DNA of 64,000 bases from Dicyema japonicum (Eukaryota; Animalia; Dicyemida). The position numbers were made by a program, and so were the translations under genes. The notes below the pieces were generated by a model, which did not search any database, was not told the origin of the DNA, and worked only from the letters and a program-made list of their open reading frames with translations. Numbering within the stretch: the stretch's first letter is position 1; every line of letters starts with the position of its first letter. Positions 38,480-52,860 of the stretch are shown piece by piece. The stretch covers positions 1,068,295 through 1,132,294 of the forward strand of contig RDEW01000007.1 in assembly GCA_011109175.1 (NCBI GenBank), read 5' to 3'.

Positions 38480-40990
38480 TTCATCATCTCTGGTTGCCAG
38501 ATATAATCCTAAAATATTTCCAAAAAAGAACCATTAGTCAACAATCATCCAGAGGAGTTTCCCTGAACGGCACTTTCTTCAAGTCCAGCACGAAGACTGC
38601 TAAGGGAGGAACCGAGCTTATTAGTACATCTCCATCTTTCGTAATTAATATCGTCTTCTCTTTTGATTTCCGTAATTTCAGTTTTGTTACATTTACGCTG
38701 AGAAACCATTTCTCAAGCTCCGCAGGTGCATTTTCTAGCAGGTGTTGGAGTGCGGTCACATCCCGTGATACAAAATCCACATCATCCGCATAAGATGTCT
38801 CTTCTATGTCTCCTATATAGCATTTACGGAGGTCGCGGAGTGCAGATTCAAGGTATATGGTGAATAGTAAAGGGGAGAGGGAATCACCCTGGGGTGTTGC
38901 TCCTTCTGTCCTCACAGATAGTCTTGTGTTCGCAAGTAGTAGTCTGATTATCCTAACCGACGATTCATCCAATATTTGCTCAAGCACATTCATCAGTTTC
39001 TGTCTGTTTATTGAGTCGAAAGCCCTATAAAGATCTATTCCCAACACGGTTGTTGCGCTCTTGAATCTTTGGTGCGTTGCGCAGCGCCATCTGTGGCTCC
39101 ATACAATGTCTGCCGTAGACCTCCCTTCTCGGAACCCACTTTGACTTGCTGGTAGGTATAGATCCGCCACACCCTTTATCCGGCTTAGTGCAATGTTTGC
39201 CAGCACCTTGCGTATCGAATTCAGAAGTATTATCGGGCGGAGATTTTCTACTGGTCCTTTTGATTTGTTCGGTTTTTGTATGGGTATTAATAATCCATTT
39301 CCAAGTCCTAGATCGGTATTAGTTTCAAAGACGTCATTTAGGGTTTTTGCAATTGTGTCGCTAAGTTTTTTTGGCCCATATTTTAGGAGCTCAGGGCTTA
39401 TGTTGTCCGGCCCAGCACTCTTGTTGTTCTTCAGTTTATTTATCGCTAATTCCACCTCTTCCACTGTGATTGGGATTTTTAGCGCCTTTGCTTCTCCCTG
39501 GAAAGGGGGAAAGTCCTTATTTTCTTTATTCAACAGTGTTTCGAAGTGTCGTGCAATCAATTCTGCTTTTTCTTCCGGGTTACCCACGAATTTTCCATCT
39601 TTGTCTTTGATGTGAAGGGTGTTTTGTCCTTTCTTTGTCCGCAGCAGCCGCAAAGCCGCAAACATCCTTGAATTGTCCTTTAGGCATTCCACATCTTTTA
39701 ATAGGGATGTAATAATTTCCCGTGAGTGTTTTCTATTCATCTGTTTGATTTTCCATTGTAGTTTCCTTTGTTGGATTTTGAGCTCCTTTTTTTACTCTCG
39801 TCTGACGTGTTTGCCGCTTTTAGCCGTAGCTCTCTGCAATACTTTGCCATATCTGGCACGTTCGGGTGGTGATCCAATTTTAGGGCGTGATGATTTCGGA
39901 CTCCAAGGCATATATTGGGCCGACTTGGAGATTACCTGCTTTGTTTGATCCCACAGAGTTCGTACTGATGATTCCGGTGCGGTTTTCTCCATAAGAGTCT
40001 CGATTTGTTCGTGATATTTAGCTCTACAGGTGGCTCTAACCACAATTTTTCTGTCTGAAAGTATATATTGGGCTTTTGTCTCGCCTTCTTCGCGTTTTCA
40101 ATGTATTTTTTTCCAGTCCGGTGCTTTTTTACACAAAGTTCTGCAATGACGATACTGTTGTCGTAGTCGTTGTTGTCCCCTGGTAGGAACGTGCATCATT
40201 TAGAACGTGTTTATCAGACTTTCGGCAGATAATGTAGTCGATTTGATTATATATTCACGGTCTCACCGACAGAGTTTTTTCTTTGTCCGTACCACGTCGT
40301 CTTGTGGCAAATTGAGTGCGTGAAGGCCGTGTTTCACAGGAAAAGGCTATTTTCCTCGCAGAAGTTCACCAGAGAGGCTCCAGATGCATTTCTCCTTCCG
40401 CGCCCGTGTCTTCCGATAGAGAATTCTTCGGCTCCATTTGCATTCCGGCCTTTGCATTCATATCTCCCGCAACAAAGACAAGGACGAGAAAGCAATATTA
40501 GAGTATGTGCTTGATAGTTCTGAGTAGAATTCTTCGAGTCGCCGGGGTTCTTGATTACTCGTTCACAGTGTGTGCATAGACATTTATGACGTTAAGACTC
40601 TTGGACGTGCATAGTTCATTTAGTTTGACTTGTAGGACACATATTTGGTCGTTGACTCTACAATAGCGATGTATTTTTTTGAGGTAATCCACGTGTAGGG
40701 CAAATTCCAAGCCGTAGTGCTTGCATTCAGTTGGGAAGAGAATCAGTCGGTAGTTGTTCCATGTCTCATTGCGTTAATTTTCGATTTTCGTCTCTTGTAG
40801 GCAGCCAATAGATATTTTGTACTTCTCGAGATCGTCACAAAGTACTTTCCTTGTCTAATCTTTCGATATTACACGTACGTTGAACGTCATTAGCCTGAGT
40901 TCTCGATTGTATAATGAGTGTTTTTCAGACATTTTTCTTAACCGATGTTGTACAGAAAAGAAACGAGGCACGTCACCACCTCGCCAAAAA
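38480..40990 (-). mobile_element. RTE-like LINE, single APE-RT ORF, decayed and 3'-truncated
   Basis: ATG at 40932 (MSEKH...MTFNVR), CLQETK, QIDYII; 400-aa RT ORF with LRPIILL, QSGFR, PQGDSLSP, YADD. Confidence 0.92.
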
Positions 40991-41679
40991 ACAACAACTA
41001 TATCTGCTAGAATTTCGCATTTAGTTATCAATGCGAATCAGTTAGCTGTGAATGAAGCAAACTGCACAGTTGATAAATAATTTTCATTTTAGTTGACATA
41101 AAAATGTTATTTTAGTTGATATAAATCATAAGATCACCAAGATGTTATGTGATCCCAGCTTCAATAATCCAGGACTTTCCTTGCGTGGTTTTCCAGTGTT
41201 AGAACGGTAGATCTTCAGCAAATGCTTACAAAGAAAGTCGATGGGATGACATTCTTTATAGCATATCGATTTCTGCGTGAACAATCGCATCTTCCAACGG
41301 ATTACTTGGTTCTTTGCATAACGCAGAAAATTGCGGTCATGGTTCCTCGTGGATTTTTCTGCGAGGAGGGTGACAAGGGAGTAATGTACCGATGTGGAAT
41401 GCAAACGTAATGTTCTTCGCCTGATTGAATTTAATTTGTTTAATTTGAGATGAGGGACATTGGTATGCTAAATACATCAGTGATAAACTGTGAGAAGGAT
41501 CCAAGATGAGTTGAACGACCTGGTCTGAAGACGTGCTGGAAGGTAATGTTTTTAATAAATGAACAGAAGGTTAATCATAATTGCTATAAAATTATTTAAA
41601 AATATTTTTAATTTTTATTTTTAAGTTGGTTAATATATATTTTTTTAAATAATAGACATTGAGGCGTGTTCGATCATTT

Positions 41680-42372
41680 ATGAGTCTACTATTCCGTCCT
41701 AATATAATATTCTTCTTGGGACCTCCTGGATCTGGAAAGGGCACCCAGTGTTCATTAATATCTAAAGTAATTCATATTTTAATAATTGACTTTTAACTGC
41801 GAACATATTTCTGCTGGTAATCTTTTGCGTGAAGAACAAGCACGTCCCGAGTCTGAATTTTACGAAATCATCAAATACAACATTGATAACGGTTATATTG
41901 TTCCTGTGGAGATAACCTGTAACCTCATAAAAAATGTCCTCTATGTGAGTTATTTTTAGGCTATAGTAAAATCTGGGAAGAGGAATTTTGTAATTGACGG
42001 ATTCCCCAGGAATATGGACAACTATGATGGGTGGAACAGAGTAATGGGGGACTATGTTGACCTGAAAAGTGTCATCTCTCTAGAATGCCCTTTTACGGTC
42101 CCCACGTGCTCAAACGTCTAGGTTTGTGAGGAAAGATGTCTTGGGAGGAACAGAAGTGACGACGACAAATCAACATTCCTGAAGAGGTCAGTCCATACAT
42201 TCAGTGTAGACTAAACACATTTAGAGACTCCACTTTGGGAATTCTCGACATCTTCGACAACGCCGGCATCCTCTATAAAGTGGATGGGTGTGGTACTCCT
42301 GAGGAGGTAATCTTTTTCAATTCCTAGATCTTTTCCCGTATGAAGTCTCATTGTGAAAATGTCTTTTCTTAA
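41680..42372 (+). CDS. CMPK1: UMP-CMP kinase, 6 exons
   Basis: GPPGSGKGTQC, HISAGNLLR, IDGFPRN, RSDDD; introns 41767-41788, 41936-41959, 42098-42121, 42187-42209, 42307-42327. Confidence 0.95.
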
Positions 42373-42429
42373 GATTTTGTGGACTTTTCATTTTAATAAT
42401 AATTTGTTTATTTTTTCTTAATATTTCTT

Positions 42430-44020
42430 GGTTTAACATGAGAATGTTGTGCTCATTACTAGAGTCTCTCACTAGACAACTGTCCTCATTTTTGGAGATA
42501 GATCTATTTTCTGAATTCCTCTATTGATCTTACATCCTCCGTAAGAACACATCCAATTCTACGCCGTATACAATTTAACACTGAAGTATCGCAATTGCTT
42601 TGATCATTAGTAATTGAGGACATTATTGCATTACCTTGAGAGCTAATCCTCTAAGTATTAGTACTCAAGAAAAGATAGATCAACTAGATGGCCGTTAAAA
42701 TTATTCTATACTTCGAAAGTCCACTCCAATGAAGTGATCATTGTGGGAAATACCATGGGAATTTAAATTATCTGAAATTTTATTCGTCTAATTATAATTT
42801 TAATGGATTTACACGTTCAAATTAATTTTTATTTCGAATTACTACTAATATGGGATTTGGGAGAAATTTTTTATCAAATTACCCTTTTCGAGTTTCTCTG
42901 TGTATCAGTCCGCTATAATTATAGAAAACAAATATAATTAATAACTATTCAACATAATCAATACCACCATACTTCTCTTAATGGAGTTAATTATTATCCC
43001 CCTTCTCCTCTCTCGCATGTGACTTCTTAATTACCACATGCCAGTTACACAATTTGGCTGGAATCAGATATAACTATTATCAGAAACTTTCATTTCGAGT
43101 TAAATTATTATAATCTCCAGAGTTTTTTTTAATAAAACTGATATCCTCGTCGTTTATATATAACTTATCTATAATTTGTGAAAATTTTGTTTGTTCCCCC
43201 AGTATTAATCTTTTAGGATTAAGCAATTTTGTGTAGATGTATTCGGTTTTGTTGACAAACTCGAATGGATTAAGTTGAACAAGACTCGAAATGCCGAGTG
43301 GCATAGTGGTTAGGTGTCGGGCTTAAGTGGCTTAGGCTACGGGTTCGAATCTCGCTGCTGTTCACCTAGTGGAAGCTTCCACGCATCTACGATGCAGAAA
43401 GGGTTTGACGAGTGACGCCGTCATCAGTGGATACTCACTGCGGAACTGGATTGTCTAGAAAGGACACTCACACAAGAAAAAGAAAAAAAACAAGTGAAGA
43501 TCATTCCTTGGTTCTACGATTAGTTAAAATTAACTGTTCTTTACTTAATTAAAGTGTGTGTGTCCTGCCTATGCGGAGCTATAAATACTATGGCTCTCGT
43601 GAAAAGGCTTTATTATTATATATCCTCGTCGTATATATAACTTATCTATAATTTGTGAAAATTTTTGTGTGTTCCCCAGTATTAATCTTTTAGGATTAAG
43701 CAATTTTGGGTAGATGTATTCGGTTTTGTTGACAAACTCGAATGGATTAAGTTGAATAAGACTCGAAATAGATCCTATTTTTGGGTAATGAGTTGAGTAG
43801 TATTTCTAATTCAAGATGTCATCAAATAAAGTGAGTAGTCACATCTTAATCCAAGCAGGATCTCTAATATTCTTGTTCTGTACCTGTATTGCTTCTACGG
43901 TCGGTTTATGTAATCCTGGAGAATCTTGTACATTTGTTTTACTAAACATTTCAATATGACTATATGGTCGATTATTTCTCTGGCCAATTTCATCCACTTT
44001 AGGTTTTCGTAAAACTAATA
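42430..44020 (-). pseudogene. putative orphan intron-containing gene interrupted by a SINE
   Basis: An open frame runs KYYSTHYPKIGSISSLIQLNPFEF... across the duplicated target; a weak SH2-like CLVRDSSNEH lies near 42460. Confidence 0.25.
43293..43619 (+). mobile_element. full-length tRNA-derived SINE with ~150-bp TSD
   Basis: A box TGGCATAGTGG, B box GGTTCGAATC, (TTA)n tail; flanks 43141-43292 and 43620-43769 are direct repeats. Confidence 0.93.
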
Positions 44021-44241
44021 TTCACAAATGATTCAATCACCAGTTTATTTGAATAAATAAATGCTTAATAGTCTTATCGTCAAGAATATGCAATTATTTC
44101 TCTAAAACTGTTGATAAATTGTTAGTGAACGGCCTACCATTTCTTTATTTAAAATCATAAGCTGAAAGAATCCTATCGTAATTATCTAAAATTGAGATCT
44201 TTGTTAACAAGTCAACAAAATTGATAAGAAAAATATGTTAA

Positions 44242-45523
44242 TCACTTCTTATTTCTCTTCTTTTTAGACTTAAAAATAATTTCAGGCGTATTATTAGATG
44301 CAGTCCAAGGGGCACCCTTCCACAAAGTCTTCGGTCGTGGAATCGACTCTTCTACGATATTGGTGGTCTCATCAGCCACAACCTCTTCCTTAACCTTCAT
44401 AGGGACCTCATGGTTACGGTTCTTCGCCCAAGCCCCAATCACTTTCCGTTGAAACGAGGGAGGATTCGCAACAGAGACCTGACTATCAATCGTTCCATTT
44501 TTTCTTGCTGCCCAACATCCACGTGGTTGGTCCCTTTTCCCAGCCTCACTCGTTAAGGAAGAAAAAAAAATCCTGTCAGTCACGAATGAATCATTATTTC
44601 CAGATACACCAATTCTAAATGTTAACCACACTCAACCCTTCCTCCACGTGGTTCGAGGGCCCTGAGTACGTGCTTATGAAGTTAACAGAATTTCTCGGTC
44701 CTTGACTCATTTTATGTTGAGATGCCATATGTAAATTAAGTTCAATTTCAGTATTGAAAGCGTTTGATGGTTTCTGGAACCTGCAGTCCCCCACTGAGCA
44801 CACAAAATGGAGTTTTTTGAGGTGAGTTTCCAGTTCCTCTAGTTTTCTGTAATAAGAACCACAAGTACCCGTAGAAGATGAAGGTGTTGGGACATAGGGC
44901 ACAAAAGAAGTGATTCAACTTCTGATGAAGGTATAGGGCGTCCACATCGTAGAAGCGCTGGTGACAGATCTGGCAGAGAGGATGGATTGGCACGTTGTTC
45001 TCCGCGCAGTCAAACCCCTCTGTCTTGTGACGAGCCAGGGAAGACCGACTGTAAACCTTCCTCTCGAATGTGAACAACTGGGATCAACACATGTGGTACT
45101 TTGCAGTTTTCCGTGCAAAGGTTGCAATGGAACTTTCCGTGAGAAGACTCCAAATGTCTCAAGAAGTTATCGTAGTGACGATATCGCATTGGACGGGGAC
45201 AGAACTCGCATACGTGGTCCACCAAATCACAGAAAAAGTCGAAACTATCCTGATCCTCGAAATAGAGATTGGTTTCTTCGTCCAAGATGAATTCCTTGGT
45301 TTCTACTTCATTGAAAATCCGGAAATCCCAGGTCATGAGAGCCTAAAATATTTTGAGGGAATACTTTAGGAGATGATAATCGACAGAGGGGACAGGCGAT
45401 ATCCTTACTAAGTATTCTCAAACGAGTAAAGCAGACATAACAGAGAGGGTGATTGCATTCTCCATAGGCATACAATTCAATTTTTTCAAAACATATTGGG
45501 CAGCTTGTGTTATCACTATACAT
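44242..45523 (-). CDS. ZNF598: E3 ligase ZNF598/Hel2 (RING + C2H2 fingers)
   Basis: CPIC...GECNHPLCYVCFTRLRIL...CPLCR, FHCNLC, FTFERKVYSR, HPLCQICHQRFYD...LYLH; the 3' end is approximate. Confidence 0.9.
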
Positions 45524-45649
45524 CGGACAACAAAACCGTTCTGATGTTTGGGTTTTAAATATTTCTAAAATTAATTATTATAATTATTCTTTAATTATTT
45601 TATTAATTAATAAAAAAGCAGATCACAACCCGTATTATTATTATTAACA

Positions 45650-46680
45650 ACTGACAATCATCAATGACCCATCAAAAAACACAAGAACACTTCAAAGGAA
45701 CTCTGACAATCCAACCTCCCCAGATATCACACTCTGTTCACTACAGCTTTCAACAACGATTAATTGGTCCTTCATTTACGACACCCGAAGCGACCATAAC
45801 CCTATTCAGCTAAAAATCAAAAGAAAAATTACCAGTGGAAAGAAGTAACCTGCATATACAATCTTGAAAATTGGCAATTATTCCGATCACTTACGGACCA
45901 ACATTTGGCTAATATACAGCTGGAAAACATTGCCTACCTTGATATAGTGGTTGCCTACGTCAACAAAATCAGTAATAAGAGCCACAAGAATCCTGGAAGC
46001 AAGAACAATGGCTGTCCCTAAAAGATATGTCGTTTAACGAAAGAGTACGGAAGAAAAGTACGGAAGGAAAGCTCTGATCAAGGAACGAAACCGTCTCAAA
46101 AAAGCAGGGATCCGTTCCTCCGAAGCAAGGATCCGTTCCTCCGAAGCAAGGCCGTCTAAAAGTGCTGAACGAGGAAATAAAAGCCAATGAATTCAAAATA
46201 CAGAGAGCTAAATGGAAGATGGTCATTACGTCACTAAATCATAACCGGTTAACATCCGAAGTCTGGAAGATTATTCGAAATATCTCGGTGGATGAGAGGA
46301 CACCTGGAAATGACGAATTCAGCCAAAAGGACCTAAACGCCCTAAATAAATCGCAAATCTCTCACAAAAACTACATGAGGACTGACCCACCCAAACCGCC
46401 GCTAAGAAAACCTAAAATGGATCAATTAACTTATTTCACGGAAAAGGAGGTAATGGCATCCCTAAGCCAAACAAAAGTAACACATTCTCATGGTCCAGAC
46501 GGAATTCCCATAATTCTCCTGAAAAACCTAGGCAATGAGGAATTCGGTACCCTGACCAAAATTTACAACTGGTCGATTAATTATAACACAATCCCAACGA
46601 TATGGAAACTTGCAAACATTCGCCCAATATTGAAGCCAGGAAAACCGAAAGAAGACCCTGCCTTCTTCAGGCATACACCA
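45650..46680 (+). mobile_element. decayed LINE (APE end to RT start)
   Basis: SDHNPI, SHGPDGI, IPTIWKLANIRPILKPGK. Confidence 0.8.
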
Positions 46681-46739
46681 CATGGATCGACTACTCGAAG
46701 TAACTAAACAATAAACCTCATCTATTTTTTTCAATTAAA

Positions 46740-47630
46740 CATGTGGAAGAGGAAGCATTTTGGTCCAAGATATCCTACGTTTTCTAACCGGACTTCCTTG
46801 GGAAAGAGTTTTCGACGAAGCTCGTCGCGAATGGTGTGAAATTGGCTTGGATATACCGAACGATCCTTCGAGGCAACGTGACTGGGATGATATCTACTCC
46901 AAGAATATCTTCGACGTGCTAAAGTCTGAGGCCAACCAGCATCGTCTTGCATGCCTCGTGTCCGCCGCCAACCATGGGAGCGGAACGTGGCTGGATGCAC
47001 TCCCGTGTTCCTCCCTGGGGACCCTTTTGGACGATGACTGTATTCGGATTGGGATCGCACAACGCCTGGGAGTTTATATTTGCGTCGAACACCAATGTCG
47101 TTGTGGAGGGATCGTCGATGCCAAAGGGCTGCATCCGCTCTCGTGCAAAAAGAGTGAGGGCAGAGCATCCCGCCATGCTGCTATGAACAACATTGTCATG
47201 CGAGCTCTTGAAGCGGCAGGCTTCCCGGCAGTACTGGAGCCTGTGGGATTGGACCGCGGAGATGGGAAAAGACCGGATGGGTTAACTATCTTTCCGTTCA
47301 CTGCACTGTTGTGGATTTTTTCTCGAACTCGATGATACTCAGCTCGGCGCAGTCTGATGGATCGGCAGCCGATCTGGCCGAGAAAATCAGGATTAAAAAA
47401 TATGGCGAAATTGGAGACCGCTACCGTTTTGTACCGGTAGCAATCGAGACGTCTGGTGCGGCCAGAAGTATTACAGCCTCTTTCCTAAAGGAAATCGGAG
47501 GGAAATTGTCCCACCGCAAGAAAGACATGCGGGAAGAAGTCTGGCTGAGGCAACGAATTGGTATCGCAGTTGTCCACGGAAACGCTTACTTCCGTGATGT
47601 CAGCAGCCGCTCTCCCCATAGTTAATAAAT
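46740..47630 (+). mobile_element. CRE/NeSL-like non-LTR element 3' part (zinc knuckle + restriction-like endonuclease)
   Basis: WLDALP, CRCG...GLHPLSC, RHAAMN, KRPDGLT, FVPVAIETSG; (taaa) tail. Confidence 0.88.
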
Positions 47631-49068
47631 AATATTTTATTGTTAATAAATTTTTCACATTAAGCATGTTGATTTCTGAGGTGACTTTAGCTTTGATCAT
47701 CATGACTGGCTAGCTTCCAATAAGGAATTAAGATTATACACAATATTAACGATTTGGCTATTTTTCTCTTTTTTGAAAATTACAAGTATTTAGCCACACT
47801 TATCCTTTGTCCAATCTCAACACGAAATTAACACTAATATGGCATTAATTAGAAATTTCATTAAGGCCTCCTCTGTAAGAGACCACATACTCGAAAGTAA
47901 GCGGACTTTTTCAATATCCCACAATCCCAAATTACGCAACTTGTTGCTCTCTATATCCAATGCAAAAATTCCAAACGGTCTTGTCATCAACCACCTGAAA
48001 AAAATATTTGTCTGAACGGGTACCATCGGATAAAATTCAGTTATTCCTATTTTAAAGCAATTCCCGAATCTCAATATGTGTTTAGTACATTTCACTCAAC
48101 TAAAAAATTGGATGGACTAAAATCTCCTCATCTCTTCTAGTGAAAAGTCGTCAATGACACTTTTCAATACAGACTGTCATCAATTTAACTTGAAACCAAC
48201 GTTATTTCTAAACAAATCTCTCCTTCCTGTGATTAAAACCCTAAAATAGTTTATGTGATGATTGTTTATTTTTCTCAAAGCATGTCATATATGCGAAAAT
48301 CCTTGAAGCTCAACTTACTCCGAGTCGTGGTGGACGTGCTATTCGGGCAGAGTAAGAAGAACATGACAATTATCTACAGACAATTTATCAGAACAACAAT
48401 GAACTGTGGAGTTTCATTCTGGAATTACTGTTCATGAACTTAGAAGACTCACAACTATGCTCTAAGAACAATTACTGGCTGTCTATAAACCTCTTTAACT
48501 GACCACTTACATTGAAAATTAAAAATTCTTTCAATCAGAAACTACTTCGTGATATTCGGTCTGCAATTCATTGAAAAAATTTTAAAACTTCGGAGTATTC
48601 AACCAGCGGTCTTTGACTTTCCACAGATAAGAGGTGAATAATGACTATCCTCAATGACAAAGTCGGCATTCTTATGGCCATTGAGGTCATTCAGTCGTGT
48701 CTTAAAAACGATATATGACTGGATTTCTTCATTTTCATTAAAAGCCTTGGTAGTACCAAGCTTCTAGGATTCTCGCTATAGATGTTAATAAAATGAGTCA
48801 TTTATTTTTTTGGTCAGTTTATGATTTCAGTTCCACTCATCTGATTAATATCAATAATTACAAAAATAATGTAGTCAATTAAAGGTTAATGATTTAATAT
48901 AAGCAACTATTTTAATGTAGGAAAGGGAGAGAATTTATTCATCCCAAGGATATCATTAATTTAGATGCCCATCAAATTCAAGAGACTTGAGTAAGACATG
49001 GTTTTGGGAAATTTAGTATTTTATAAATATATTAAGACAAAAATTAACAAAAATATACAATGAAAAAA

Positions 49069-52000
49069 TTAATACTCCTCTTCTAAAGTCAAACAAAAAA
49101 ATAATACCTTCATCTTCCACAACCATAGTCATGCTTTCCTCCTCAGAAGAATCAGAGGTATATTCATCTCCATAATTCTACAAATAAAAAAGCACATACC
49201 TTCCTGTGAGAACTACCAATAGAACTATCAGTAGCAGTCCACCCTAAAGCCTTCTCCAAGTCAAGGACACTGTCTTCAGTAGCATTGTCGAAAATCTCGT
49301 CCTTCTTGACGGTCAATTTGTCAGTCCACATTTTATGTAGGCGTCCATTCCTCATATCACTAACAGAGTATGACTTTAGTGAATCATTATTTTCATAATT
49401 TACCAAATCCATTGCCTATAATTAATAATAATAATAACAAAATATCTCTTAATAACTTTGTCCCCACAGTCAGAAACAGCCGCAAATATATGACTGAATC
49501 GATCATCATAAATAAATTGATAAATGGCTATTAGATGATTACATATGGACATTTCATGAAGAGCCGTCATTCTGTAACACTAACAAACACCACTAACCTT
49601 ATGTTCTCAATAAGTTCACTCTTATTCACATATTCTGACATTTTGGATGCGAGATCTGACTCATGAAATAGCTTATGGGTTATTATCCTCAGAATCCCTA
49701 TTCTAAGACGAGGGTCCTCATCACTGATCACATGTCTCATTAGGAAATTAAACTCATCAGTAGCGACCATAGTGTCCCCTAAACTAACTAACTGGGATAC
49801 CTCCGAGAAAATCAGCCAAAATGGTGGAGGCAGTCAGTCTCGTCTTAAAATAGTAATCTTGGTGCATAAATTTATGGAAAAAGCTAGTCCCCATTGGTAT
49901 CCTATTACTTTTTTGTAATGTATATATTCCAATAAGACATTCACTAGTAACCAGCAGTCTAAACGAAGGCACAATGGCATCACAGTTTATTTTGAATATT
50001 AATTCCTCCAAAATCTCAGCAGTCATTGTATCCATTCTGTCTCTGGGATAAATCTGGTCAGGTATTCCTCGCAAGTGGGAACTAGTAAGTGACTAACACT
50101 ACTTGGTGTCTCCTATCGGTGTTATGCAGTGGGAAAGAGCCCGTATTAAAAAGGCAATATATTCTCCGTCGTCATACTAACTATGAACACCATCCCTACC
50201 TTGTTTGAAGTGTTATCATTCAGTTTGATAAGATCCATCAGAAAAGTAAGGATTTCGTCAGGACAGTGTCCCTTAAAGCGAATGCCAGCCATTGCAATTG
50301 GTAATTCCTACAAATGGAAACCATAAGACCTTCTGAATAAAATAACTAACACAATTTTCAAAATCGTTTTTCCTAACAAGAGATGGGATCGAGGAACTCC
50401 CGAAGGATTCCTTAAAGTGTCCAATTAGGACCAAAACAGAGTTCCACTGATCATATGACTTATTAGACAACTACTCATTAATACACTCAACACCTTTACA
50501 TGGGCAAAATATGACTGAATTCTCACTCGATAATACACTCGTGAGTCTCCACCAATCATCACCAACACCTGTCTGGTAACTTCATTCCCAACATGCTGCA
50601 AAATATTCACAGCCTAAGAGTCAACAAAACAACCACATGGCTCTGAGCAACCACATCTCTTTCATAGAGCAACATATATCGCCACATAAACTCAGGCTGC
50701 TCCAGCCGAACCTGTCTCAAAAGATGATGGTCCTTGTCCACAATAACCCACAGAACTGGAGAATCATTACTTAGTTAAATCCAAAACTACTCCATATGGG
50801 ATAAATCAATGTCAACCTCTTCACGAGTTATCAAAGGAATCTTTTTCTTCTTATTCCTGAGGTTACATGACCACTAACCTTCTACTCTTGGAGTGACATG
50901 TAATGTCAAAGTGGGTTTGGTTTTCCTCAATGTTGAAAGTGTGCTGAAATGACCCATCCAACTCTTGGACAGTGATGGTTATCGGTCCCTTACTTATTTA
51001 ACCAAAAATACAGCGTATTTGAGGGTACAGTCACTTTCTGGCTCCTGAACTAACTCAAACTCCAAAACGTTTCGTTTACGATTATAAACAAAAGACCCGA
51101 CAAAACGAGCACACCCACTTGTGTAACTAATAAATCAATTGCATGTACATACACCCACTGGTCCATGAAGGGGGAGAAGTCCTTTCCAGATATGTCACTG
51201 ATAATGTCCACAAACTGAAATAAGTAATATTGAACCATTTTTGTGGAAATAAGGGCATTATCCCATGAAAATGTGATATTCATGGCAGATCTGGTTTGGG
51301 ATATAAGTTTGTTGATGGCTCCAGTCAGAATGGACCTGCCCAGTCTCAATTCGATCATTCTGACCACCAATTTGGCCTTCTTACAGAACATGTCGTAATA
51401 ATCCGACGGAATCAGATGCTGATTGTTCACAAAAACAGGCCTCTGAACCCTCCCAGAGGTCACTCTCGAGGCATCAAGGTAGATCCCACCACAACGAATC
51501 TCATGACTGCAGACATCCTCCATGTCTTTGCAAATTCCATAAAAAGTCGAATTAAATCCCAAATATGTCCGATTTACCTGATCAGCCATATAACCAGCTA
51601 TTCCCACACACAACCAAACGTCGTTCCAGGATCGAGGACAAACGAATCCCCCAAACATTTGCTGACTCAAAGCCAGAGCAACAATAGGGCGAGTTATATA
51701 CCGCTGGTCAATATGTCGTTTCGTGTGCAGTAAGTCAGTTCTGTCGTAAAACCGAGAATTACCCGAATATGGTCAGTCCAGAGTAGGTAATAAAGGGAAC
51801 TGGGAGATTTTCAACGAATACTTGCTTGTATGAGGGCACTGGGAATCCTGAGGACAGAAATTCTGTGTAAAACTCGACAAACTCAAAATAATACAGCTAA
51901 CCACCTTGTGTTCAAACATGAGAGTGTCCGATAGTAGAACCTCACCTTCTGGGAGACAAAAGAAGAGAAAGTCGTTCAAATTATTACCGACTTGCACTTC

Positions 52001-52860
52001 AAAGTGTCTAAAGGTTCATAAATCACCAGACCCAATGGCAAAACCGATATTTATCGCGGGACAGGCATTTTTGATAGAATAATAATAGGTTTTGGAGTTT
52101 TGCTGGGTATCCTTGATGATATTCGTAAGCACACCGGGGGCAACAGCAACCATGTTAATAGGAATAGAAAACGTCAGTTCCCAGCAGCAAATTTGGTCGT
52201 ACACGTCGAAACAGGGAAACCAGGCACTACGTCTCACAACAACTCACACGTGGATGTCCCGTTGCAGTGACAGGTAAACAAGTGTTCCTGAAAGTCGTCC
52301 ACGTGTTGATAGAAATAAACACCAGAAGTGGGTTTTTTGATCACAAATTCGACACAAAGGGTGAAGTGTTCCAATTCTGACTGTTATGTTAAATATTACC
52401 GTTTATGGTGGTCTGCATTTCGTCGGGTAATATCACTGCCAAGGATCCTCTGTTGTTCTCACCGGAGACTGCTTGAAAAGCCATATCATATGATGATTTT
52501 ATCTGTGCCGATGTCAGGTCACTGGAAATGCACAATAAGGCTCACGTGGTGTCGGTCTTTTTGAAAATGTCGTACAAAGTTGAAGCAAACCTAAATTTGC
52601 ACTCAAAAGTGTCGTTTGCTAGAATTTTACCGATTCCTCGACTTTGACAGAAAGACTACCCTGTTGTCTGTAATTGAGATAGATAACCCTCGCAGATCTA
52701 GTCAGTGGCTGAAGATGGAGAGTTGTCAGGCCCTTATATTAGGTTAGTGAATGTACATGAATTTGCCTGTCCTCTATGTTGATGTTGAATAGATTTATTT
52801 TTTGATGGGCTGTGTTGTTAATATAAAGTTACTGAGTTTAAATTCTCTAATTTTCGACAT
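49069..52860 (-). CDS. TAF2: TFIID subunit 2, many micro-introns
   Basis: FKLTHQ, WFPCFD...CCWEL, QQMFGGFV...WNDVWL, GSFQHT, WVIVD, ERDVVAQ (aminopeptidase-like TAF2 motifs). Confidence 0.92.

Noticed and set aside
43293-43365. tRNA gene
   Set aside because: A/B boxes are present but there is no valid acceptor or anticodon arm, and the head is always joined to the SINE body.
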